A DNA stretch of 64,000 bases, taken from positions 41,974,001 through 42,038,000 of the forward strand of contig JBITNC010000001.1 in assembly GCA_050084985.1 (NCBI GenBank), written 5' to 3'. The position numbers and the translations under genes were made by a program. This document shows positions 52,753 to 64,000 of this stretch, in pieces. Positions within the stretch are counted from its first letter, which is position 1. Each line of letters opens with the position of its first letter. Below the pieces are notes generated by a model. It saw only the letters and a list, made by a program, of their open reading frames with translations, was not told where the DNA came from and made no database searches. The stretch is from Nageia nagi (taxonomy: Eukaryota > Plantae > Pinophyta).

Positions 52753-53939
52753 ATGAAGATATTTGATAAATATATTTGAAAATTTTGATTCAAAATAGAA
52801 TCATATAAGAAAATAAATCAATGACATGCAACCATAATGAGCATAACTATTTATTTTGACAACCTTTAACTAGGGAAAAACCAACAAAAATAGAGCAACT
52901 CCACTCTATATTGATATTATATCATGCTAGAATTATTTCACTAAGGTACTTTACAATACAATATATAAAGATCTTATAGCATCAAATGACCCTCAACTAG
53001 TAACTAATATTAGAATAGAATGGGCATAAAACCATGGGCTAAGACCACCCATACCCATATATATGAATCTATGAATATGTATAAAATTTCAACTTTATAA
53101 GGTTATAAAATTTATTTTATATCTAAATTTTTCATGTTTAATACATTTTTAGAAATCATTTTTTTATCAAAATCCACTTGTAAAATTTCATAAACTTTTG
53201 AACACATTTAGTACCTCACTTTTCACTTTGTTTAAAATTGATATCTTTACTCTATTAACTCTAATGCTCATTGTTAAAGGTACAATACATCCAACATAGC
53301 CTTTACACCTATATTTGATCCTTCTATATACATATATATACTTTGGGGTCCTTTTTCTCCTCTTGAATCCATCCTCTAATGCACTCATTAATTCAAGGGC
53401 TCATCCTCCTCGTCTCCATTTCCTCCTTTTTATCATTGTTAATATCCACATCAACATCACCATATTATATCTCATTGATCCTAACTTTGTATCAATGTAT
53501 ACCATATATTATATTCTATTGTTATCCTTATATCATCTATAGTTGGGACCATAACTACCTCTTATGTCCCATATGCAAGCTCTTTAAATTATGTTATTAG
53601 CCTCACATCCCTAACCTCTTGAGTCTAAATACACACTAGATCTAAAATCCATTATTGTATTCCAAATTACCAAAGAACATGTTAATCTAAAAATACTCAA
53701 AATACCATTTTCTCCTTATAAACATTTACCTCTCTCTCCTAATCTTTCCCAAATCCATTACACCCTTTACCAATACTAGCCTTATGTGATATGGCATCCA
53801 TATCACCTCTCTTGATACTGATCTCTCTAATATATATCTATGATAATAATTATCTCACTCATCACTCATGTACCTCCCTCATGTGTAACCATATCATACA
53901 ATATACTTACTCTTGAAACTCAACATTATAACATATAAT

Positions 53940-54490
53940 AGTCTGCATAGGTGTTCAATTAAAATATGTTGACATGCCCATATCATGATGAGGAGGGATA
54001 CACACAACCATTCCTTTATTATCTGCATCCATACAACTCCTTATAGGTTTGATACAAAAAAGCTATCCCCATACAAGGATTACGCTTAAATTTATCATGT
54101 CCATAATCACTTTGATTAAGTTTCATGGAAACCTATACCTTGATGAGTTTGGTAAAACATAACAAGAGATCAAGTACATAAAAATATTCATCTTCATAGT
54201 AATAAATTATCATTCATATGTAACCTCATATGTAAATCCTCCATTCTAAATTTTTACACATAACCATTTTTCTAAAAATATCCATCTCATAACCTCCTCC
54301 TATATTTACTTCTCATGCACCACCTAATACACTTTTCCTCAAATAGGATACAGTAAATATGATACACATCCTCTATTATGATCATCATCTTTCATGTAGG
54401 TAAATGGAATGTGTTTGTATCCACATTACATATATCTACCAATACCATGATAAATAAACCATCTTCTAAAATACAAATATACCTTTCATT
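53940..54490 (-). pseudogene. Plant mobile domain (PMD, PF10536-type) relic, probably an extra ORF of a Ty3/gypsy element
   Basis: Minus-strand motifs DTNTFHLPT*KMMIIIEDVYHI, AFLYQTYKEL and LLIMIWACQHI correspond to the PMD consensus. Confidence 0.75.
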
Positions 54491-54562
54491 TCCCAAAACC
54501 TAATCATACCCAAGAAATCCCAATCCCCATCAACCATCAATGATATCATCATCTATAAGAAT

Positions 54563-54849
54563 AAACTATATCTATTTCATTATGTTACTTATCACTCACC
54601 CTTTCGTCATCAACATATATTTTCTATCAAACTACTTTATATGCAATATATGCTATCAATTTATCTACTCTCTCATTCATTTCCCACAAATTCCCTTTTC
54701 TAATAGAGCAAACTATATCTATGTCATTATGTTACTCATCATTCATCCTTTCATCATCAATATATATTTTCTATCAAACCACTTTATATGCAATATATGC
54801 TATCAATTTATCTACTCTCTCATTCATTTCCCATAAATTCTCTTTTCTT
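54563..54849 (+). repeat. 147-bp tandem duplication
   Basis: AAACTATATCTAT.TCATTATGTTACT at 54563 and 54710; copies are near-identical. Confidence 0.92.
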
Positions 54850-56092
54850 AAAAAATTATAAATTATATGAACTTCATGCATCCATATAAATTAGTTAAAT
54901 TCCCCTTGAGGAACTATTATACAATTTGAATAATCCTTAAAGGGAAAATTTCATAGCCAAATATGAAAAATTCAAAAACTCTCCAAAAATATCAAAAATA
55001 AACTTCTTTTTTTGCAAATATCAAACAACATCATAAAAATGACTCCACCATTATGAAAAATATTTATTTTTATTTATCAGACTACACTACAAGTTTCATT
55101 TCAACTACCTTAGGGTTAATTTTATCCTTTTTCAAATTCATAAAGGTGGTATAATATAACTAATTCTACTTGCACTCCATCTCACCTCATCATTTCTCAT
55201 TACATGTTCCATCATTGTTTCACTCAAACTCATAAATTTCTCTCCCAAATGTATTTTAGAAAAAAAAATAATAATAAATTGCATGGTGAGATTGAGACAT
55301 CCAAACCCCATTTTTATTCCACTATAATCCCAAAATTCTAAGATGATTTTAAAATTTTCTTGAACTTTAGATATACACAACCTCTTTTAGATCAGCTAGT
55401 CAATTTCATCCTAAAAAATTATTTTCTTCTTTTTATATTTAATTTGACTTCATCAAACCTTATCTTCCTTCTTTTATGCCTCCACATTTTTCTTATGATT
55501 CACAACTATGATTTGTATCAAATGACTCATTATCATTTTCCTTTTTCTTCACCTTCCAACTGATCACTTTGAGGGACAAGATAAGATCCAATAAGTTTGT
55601 ATTGTATGTCCATGGTATTAAACACCAAATTATAGAATAAATTATTTAAATAATCTTGGATAATATTATCAAATATTATACTTTCTATTTAGTAAGACCC
55701 ATTTCAATGTTGTATGATGCCTTAAGTCTACACATAATCAATGTGGTAACTTAAGTGCACAAATCAAATTTACCATTGCAACTTAAGGATATGTACCTTT
55801 GATTATTTAGTTTTTTGAATAAAATCAAACAAATAGATAACTTTATCGAATGCAAAGCTCAAATAAATTCTTCTTTTCTAAATTGGCCTATCCTACTCTA
55901 TTCTTGATACAGTATGATCATGATTCTCTCCCTCAACATCATCATAATATTGCAAATCCCATAATAATAAAAACCCCATCAATTATCACCAAACATCCTT
56001 AATCAAAATTAAAGTTAATAATCACAATCATCGTATCTATCATTTTTGGGTTACAACTAATCTTCACAAATGCAATACAAAAAAGGGGAAAA

Positions 56093-56982
56093 TATAAGCA
56101 CTTGAAAGTTTCATAGTTCTCAATCCATAGCTTTAGCATCAATTCATTCTAATTAATGTTAAACACCCTCATTCTGATATTAGCATTAATTAATTAATTC
56201 TAAATACCCCATTTAGATATATATCCTAAATGATTAACCATTTGTAGCTAGCCCCTCTTTATAGCATTATTTCACCATAGGATCATCCCTTAACATGTCA
56301 AAATTAACTTGATTGACCACCTACATAGATGCACTTGATCAAAGAATACTTGCTTGGATTTATAAGTCACTCATCTAACCCCCACTCTCTATGCTACATA
56401 ACCAATTGTAAAGTGATGCCTAATGCCCAAGGTTAATCATCCAACCAATTATAACATGTGGATGAGTAACTAAACCAATAATATTTTACCATGTTACTCA
56501 ACCAATAACATATATTCCTCCATGTCACAAAACCAATCATAAATTTCTATGTAGCACCACATATAGATCTCAAATTATCCTATAAATAGAACTTCCCCTT
56601 TGTGTGTTAGAGATAATTTTTATGTAAGGTTACATCATCTATATTTGGGCCACAACTAGTAACCCTTATTTATTATGTCCATCACCACTCTGATTAAGAC
56701 AATTATCTTATGTAAAATACCCATTAAGGATCAAATTACAAGTCAAAATCACTTGTTGAGAGGTGATTTCCAACATAGGACAAATTGATACCTTCAAGTT
56801 GCAAAATCTTCTTCTTCTATTTGGCATAAAAAATGTATATTACATACATCTATGTTTTTATTGAAATTACAATTATTTGTGATTTGTTACACTAGGTTGA
56901 TTAGTTTTACTAAGGAAGTTGACTAACCTCATAAGGTCCAGCCTATGGATCATTAGCTAACCCTAAAAGACATGTTTTAACA
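56093..56982 (+). mobile_element. Possible 3' LTR of a Tat-like element
   Basis: PPT-like AAAAGGGGAAAA precedes T(A)TAAGCAC; internal TATAAATAG; ends TTTAACA. Confidence 0.4.
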
Positions 56983-58817
56983 ATTATTTTATTTGAGTGA
57001 TTATAATTTACTCCCAAATGGTGATAACCTTTTAATACCACCATTAAGATATATGTTTGATTAATTTTAATAAAGTGGCATGTTTATTTGTATTCACTTT
57101 CTCAATGATATTAACCTTTCATTTGTCATAGTGTCAACACTAGACCTGATTCATTTAATGAGTTGACTATATCATAAAGTTTATCTTGGAAGTTAAAGTT
57201 TAGAGGTATAACCTTGATGTTGATTTCAACTTTATCGATCATGAGATAACTAGATTCTTACTTACAAAGTTAGCAAATAATCATGAAAAGTTCATTTTCC
57301 TCCAAATACTTCAAAGCTATATTTAAAGGTAGAAAAGGATGTATTGAGTACATACAATCCAATCTCTCTCGTAGACTTCTAATCAAAAATTTGTAAAAAA
57401 ATAAAGATTAAAAATAATCAAAGAACCCTTTTATCTAATAAATAGTCTCCAAAAAGGATAAAATGTAGAATGGAAAATAGTGCATTCTAGCAAAGGAGGG
57501 GAAAAAGAACTACCAAAATAGAAATCTTCCCAAATTAATTAGCTTTCCCATAAAGCATTTTCAATTCAAAACATCTATCATATAATTCAAATCAAAGTCT
57601 AATATTTCCACTATGATAAGAGAGAGAATGTAAGCTTCTCGCATTAATTAACTTTCATGATTACACCTAAATCATTGCTACTTATTCTTAACCAAGATAG
57701 TCATGTTGTGAGTCCATGAATTCGTCTAATTCATGTCTGAAGGGACTAATAAATCAACTATTTTCTTGATAGGAAGATTTTTATTTCTTTTAGGTTGGGA
57801 TCAAATATCCATGTTTGGTATCCTCATCTTTTCATCGTCCTTTATGTCACTATCATTACTTTTTGATCAATAGTTTTGAACATGAATATCACTTACTATT
57901 AACTCCAACTATAAGTTTGAGTATATCACAACTTTTTCAAACATTCATAATTATAAAAAATAAACTATAAATTCTTGAGGTTCAAACATTTTAGCTACCC
58001 TTCTTATTTTGTATTACCAAATAAAATTTCCCTTATCATTCATTGATTTATCTTTTCAAATGACTCCTTGTGATTGTCATTTCTTCCCTTTGACTTCTCA
58101 TCATTTGAGGGGGAGCAATCCTCATCCATTATTATGTCTTATGAATATATTTTTTCATATACCTAACCTAGGGAAAATAAATTCCAACAATATTCCATCA
58201 ATTATCCTTAGCCCTTATCTACTAGGACAAAAGTAGAAATCATCTGTAAATCAATTAATTTGAATATGTTAGTCTCTATCATGGCTACTTAAGCCCACAT
58301 GTTTCCTGATTATTTCTAGGTATTATGAGTGAATAAATATTTATTAAATGCATGTTGTATGTAAGGTTCAAATAAATCCTTTCATCCATAATTGCATTTT
58401 CTAAAGTTATCTCTAAAATATTACAAATCATATCCTCTATCATTATCATCAAGTATTTTTAATAGATTTTGAATTATATGTTATTCCTTGAACAAATGCA
58501 ATTCAAAAAGGATAAAATGTAGATACATGAATTTGTTACATATCATTTTATTCATTAAAATTTATTCCATCTCTAATTATCATGGTCATCTATCACTTAT
58601 CATGTCATTCCCAAGTTATTTTTAGTCCAAATGTATAAATAATAAAAATTGTAATGTGATTTTAGGTTGCATAAGTAATTTTTGGTTGCATATATGATTT
58701 GAAATTGGTGTGCTACTTTAAATCGTGACATATAATTATAAATCATACTTGAGATTTTTTTAAGTATGAAAATCAAGAAAATTGAGATATCGAGTTGGCA
58801 CCAATGAATCTTATCCA

Positions 58818-58843
58818 TGTGTGTGTGTGTGTGTGTGTGTGTG

Positions 58844-58918
<75 letters not shown>

Positions 58919-58919
58919 T
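58818..58919. repeat. Interrupted (GT)n microsatellite
   Basis: About 50 GT units with single-base phase shifts. Confidence 0.97.
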
Positions 58920-60291
58920 ATAAAAACTATCCCAAACATCATAGATGTGTCCAATACCATCCAATCATCTTCCCATCATCCTAGTTACTCTATTCATCAT
59001 CTCCTAACTTCATCAAAATACCTTTACCTTATAACCTTGGCATCTATTCGCTTCATTTGAACATGTAAATCCTATCTGCATGGTGCTCAATTTTTTAAAA
59101 ATTATATCTACCCTCTCCCATTTGGAAGTTGGACAAGATTGAAAAATATTGTTATGTTAGAGATTTTAATGCAAATACACCATCACATCAAGTAAATGAT
59201 TCCTTGCAAGCACATCACCACATTGTCAAATCCATCATAGGTATAATATTTATTGTGTACATGTTTTATCTTTTTAGTATTCGATAATTATTTCAAACCT
59301 TGAATGGTCCAACAAGGCTTTAACCCTTCCAAATGCAAGGTGATAAGGGTATTATATTAATTTCATTTTGTTTATCTTATCATAGGATTTGAAGATCCAA
59401 TAAGCATTATTAAGTCATCACAAAAATCTAAAATGTTAGCCTACATGATTTTTGTTTAATGTATATGTTTCATTTTTTATGGTCACATCATTTTGTATAA
59501 TATTTCTTCCTAGTTTTCTTTTTCTTTAAATGTGCATCAAAAGAAAAAATAATATAATAAAATCTCCTTCCAAGTATTAACAGTTGTGTTTAGAGCCATA
59601 TCATATGATGTTTGAAACTCCCAATCCTAAATGCCCCCTAGGTCTACAGTTTTAATCAAAAGGTAGCTAAGATCAGATGGACAATAAAGCTCAATAAAAT
59701 GTTGTAGTTGACATCACTCTAGAACTTAAAGGCTCTCAAATCTAATGGATCCTGAACTTGCAAACCTCAAAAGAACTCAAGTGCTTATGGATTGTAGATT
59801 CAAGGAATCTTCAACCATTGATATCATCCCAGAATGTAAAAAGGCCCTAATTCTAGCCACTCATAGACCTAAATGCTTTGAGGATGATTGAACGTTGGTG
59901 ACAAGTAACACCTAAATATCTTACTACCTAGAGATCATAGCACCCAAATATGGACAGACACATAGTCCCTAAAGATCTTATGTAGAATATTTAGGAGAGA
60001 ATTCGATAGCCTGGGCATATCTAATGGATACCTAAGGTGATGTCATCTTGTTAACCACATCAAAATCTCTATGTGGAACCTAGATATTCATTGCAATCAG
60101 CCCTTTGCTTAGTCACATCATCTAGATAAGTACCATGCTCATTTAGCATGAATTCAAAGAGTGAATCCCCAAAATTATCGAATCTACAAAAGAACGATTA
60201 GTCAAAGCTGCAAAGGCTAGGTAAGTACTCTAAAAAGGCATGTTTGATCAGAGGTTGATGAAGATATTGAAATTTCCTATAAGATTTGATC

Positions 60292-63200
60292 TGTAATCAT
60301 TGGAAGCTTATAGCATACTTAGATCCTCACTTACATATTCAAACAAAAAAATATTCACCATTATGAGACCTATTAAATTGCATATAAATTCAAAATTACA
60401 CAATGTAAAACTACAAATTAACAATCTCAATCACACAACAAGATCAACATGAGTATTTACCTTGGTTCACCCAATATTGGCTAATCCAGCATGGAATTAG
60501 AGCCTTCTCTTCTCATTATCTATGGATATTACAATATTACATGCATATAGAGAAATACCATGAAAATAATGGCAATACCATCTCCTACAACACTACTGCA
60601 ATCTCTTACAGTAAGAAGAACAACTTTAGAACTAAAAAAAATGGAATGACTCTTGGTCTTCCTTCAAATCTTTACAATCCCAAAATCCTAAAAATCTCTA
60701 AGATAATATTATGAATCAAGAGAGTATAACACCTTTAAAAAAGGCCTAAAAATGTCTCCAATATATCGTTTAATGATCTTGAACTACTTAATTGTCTAAA
60801 TCCCCAATGCCCTTTCAACTTCCACTATTGACTCATCAAAACATATGCTATTAACAACCTAAAAATAGTAGACTTAGGTTGTTAACAACATGGTTTATGT
60901 CAACAATCACCTCCATATTTCAATCTTTAGTTAATATCTAAGCACATATACCTCTGTGATGAGTACTACTCCTGTTGAGATCAACCTGACACGATCCAAT
61001 TTAGATCACACCTCCTAATGAGAAGGCATTTGGTCCCACAAATTCATAGATGAGGATACAACTCCCCAAACCTTGGACTTGTCCATACACTTGGATTTAT
61101 TAGGCATTTTATCCCTTCAATCCAACCAACATAGCTTTATCTCACCTCTTCGTGTAGCATAAACCTTCTTTTGTAATATGGAATCCTCCTTGACTTCATC
61201 CATATTATTAGGATCTAAGTCATCAAGAGATGGAAAAATTTGATATGAACCCCCTTCATCTTTATTCAAAATATATAATTCATAAAATTTCAAATGTTCC
61301 ACATTCATAACTGAATAGATGTACATATGCATCGGTAGATTTAATCTAAAAGCATTCTCACTTACTCCAAATTCTCAAATGGTCCATACCTTATAGGTTT
61401 CAACTTCTTGACTTGTCCTTGGAACCTCTCCTTACTAAGATGCAACCAAACATGGTCTCCCACATGAAACTTATGGTCAACTCTATTTTTTTCATGTCTC
61501 ATCTTGTACTTGGTTTGGCTTGTGTTGAGTTGTTCTTATATTTTCAAATGAATTTGCCTAATATTATCAACAAAACTTTCATCTTGATTTTCTTCTTTCC
61601 TAAATTCTCATTCATCCTTTTGTTGTACAAACACATGTGTTAAATAACCAAAACAAGTCTCCAAAGGACTCTTATTAATGGAAAAATAAATTTCCCTATT
61701 GTATGAATGTTGGATATATTCAAGTTGTTCATTCCAATACTTAGGGTGCTTGCCACAATAATGCCTCAAGAGTTGAACCATTTTCCTATTCACCATCTCA
61801 ATTTTTCCATCCATTTGAGGATGAAATGTAGTACTCCTCTTCAACCTTGTGTCCATCTTTTCCCACAACATATCCAAAACTTGCCCAAAAATCTACTATC
61901 TTTATTTGAAACAATAGAAGTAGGCAAACAAAAATAAACCCAAACATGTGAAAAGAAAAAATTTGTAGCATCTTATCTTGTTATTATCTTCTTGCAAGGA
62001 ATCAAAACACACATCTTGCTAAATCTCTCTACAACAACAACAAATGAACATTCATGATCCTTCTTGTTCATAGGCAATTCTCTCACAAAATCCATGGAAT
62101 ACACTCCCAAGGATGAGTTGTTACTGGTAGTGGTTGATACAAATCCAATTTCCTATTGCTTGGCTTGTTGGTGCAACATAAAGAACACCCCCTTATGTAC
62201 TTGGTAACTTGATCTTGCATCTTTGGCCAATATACATACCTTTGGAAATTGTACAATATCTTTCCAACCCCAAAATATCCTGTAATATTTGAAGTATGTG
62301 CTTTTCTAATTAGTCCAATCCTTTAACCTAAAGGTACACATAATGCATTAAAATGATAAAGAAGTTCATTTTACAAATGAAAATCATCCAAGCCCTCATA
62401 CTTGGACCTAGATTAAGATAACTGCTCATACACCTCTTTGAAGTCAAGATCTTGCACATATGCCTTTGAAAATTACTCAGAAAGAAAAGGAAGAGATTTT
62501 AGCACTAAGAGGGAATTCACTTGCCACTATTTGCATGCAATTAATAGCCTAAAATTAGTGTTGCATGTTGTTGGCAGCATGGAATTTGAAGGTACAGGTA
62601 GTCTAGAAAGCATGTTGGCAACCTTATTATGTGTTTCTTTCTTATATTTAATCATAAGATGAAATTGTTGCAAAAAAACCATCCATCTGTAGTGTCTAGT
62701 TTGTTGCAATTTTGATTGAGTTTGTAGTAATTTAATGGTTGATGATTAGTATGAATGATTGTTTATTTCCCTATTAAGTAATGTTTCCACTTTTTAACAG
62801 CTTGAACCAATACATACATTTCTTTATCATAAGTAAGATAATTCTAAATGACCCTATTAAATTTTTCAAAATGATAGCAAATTGGTTTACCTTCTTGTAA
62901 CAAAATAACCCCTATGGCATAGTCACTTGCATCAATCTCCAATTCGAATGGCTTTGGTTAATCAAGAAGTGCAAGCACAAGTGCACTAACAATCTTTTGC
63001 TTCAAGGTACCAAAAGATATTTATTATTGGTTTCCCCATTGGAAAACTTGCCTCTTACCAGTAACATCATGTAAAGATGAAGCAATATGAGAAAAATTAA
63101 CAATAAACTTTTTCAAATATTGGACAAAACCTAAGAAACTCCTCACTTCAGTTACATTAGTTGGCTTTGGCCAATGTACTATAGCACTTACTTTATTAGG

Positions 63201-63997
63201 ATCTATCTTAAGTTATCCATGACCAATAACAAGGTCCAAATACAACAAACACTCTTTGTTAGACTCACATTTAGATATTTTTAACAACTTCTCCCTATGC
63301 AAAGCTTGAAATACTTGTTTAATATGTACATGTTCTTCCCAATGAGAACTATAAACAAGAATATCATCCAAGTATACAACAACAAAAGAATTAATAAATG
63401 GATGAAGCACATCATTCATCACCTTTATAATTGTGGTCGATGCATTGCATAAACCAAATGGAAAAATAAGATCAACATAATATTTACCTAGTTCACCCAA
63501 TGTGGGTTAATCCAGCATGGAATTGGAGCCTTCTCTTCTCATTGTCTATGGACATTACAATATTACATGCATATAGAGAAATACCATCAAAATAATGGCA
63601 ATACCATCTCCTACAACACAATTGTAATCTCTTACAACAAGAAGAACAACTTCACAACTACAAAAAATCTAGAATGACTCTTGGTCTTCCTTCAAATCTT
63701 TACAATCCCAAAACTCTCTAACATAAGATTATGAATCAAGAGAGTAGCACGCCTTTAAATAGGCTTAAAAACATCTCCAAGATGTTGGTTGATGATCCTG
63801 AACTGCTCAATTTTTCGAACCATCAACTCTCGTTCAACTTACAGCCTAAAAATAGTAAACTTTGGTTGTTAGCAATATGGTTTTTATCACCAATCACCTC
63901 TAGATTTTAGTCATCGATCATTCTCTAAGCATAGATACCTCTGGGATGAGTACTGCTCCTATAGAGATCAACCTAACATAATCCAATTCGGATTAGG
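60292..63997 (-). mobile_element. Ty3/gypsy chromovirus (CRM-like) internal-deletion derivative: partial 5' LTR 63469-63997, RT(part)-RH-INT, 3' LTR ~60292-61010
   Basis: Direct repeat 60441-61008 vs 63469-63995. Motifs [40 protein letters not shown] and RYGPF. PPT-like TAGGAGG precedes TGTGATC. Confidence 0.88.
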
Positions 63998-64000
63998 ATT

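Noticed and set aside
54540-54836. 98-aa ORF with an internal repeat
   Set aside because: Product of a 147-bp (multiple of 3) tandem duplication in AT-rich DNA; no coding signature.
58773-59060. ORFs with (CV)n and (TH)n repeats
   Set aside because: Translations of a GT microsatellite.
59640-59648. GGTCTACA as the missing 3' LTR end of the Tat element
   Set aside because: Upstream sequence does not align with LTR 35677-36233.

Overview
AT-rich, strongly CpG-depleted plant nuclear DNA. The retroelement types and their decay suggest a large seed-plant genome, possibly a gymnosperm (inference only). There is one intact gene: a two-exon BAHD acyltransferase (4927-5376 + 5551-6417, 438 aa, HXXXD and DFGWG motifs), with a decayed copy of its 3' end at ~11.5-11.9 kb. 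Most of the rest is nested, degenerate retroelements: an L1 LINE interrupted by a Reina-like chromovirus, Tat-clade Ty3/gypsy elements (one with aRH, plus a PMD relic), three Ty1/copia remnants, a CRM-like deletion derivative, solo LTRs and tRNA-derived SINEs. The most unusual structure is a multi-kb inverted repeat with only a 10-nt loop centred at ~24977. Its inner core keeps many CpGs, and its left arm plus loop is duplicated (~98% identical in the core) about 0.8 kb upstream of the BAHD gene, ending exactly at the loop. The second oddity is an unidentified ~3.1-kb unit present as a 1.5-copy head-to-tail array that replaces part of a copia gag (47.4-52.2 kb). All alignments and identities were done by eye.
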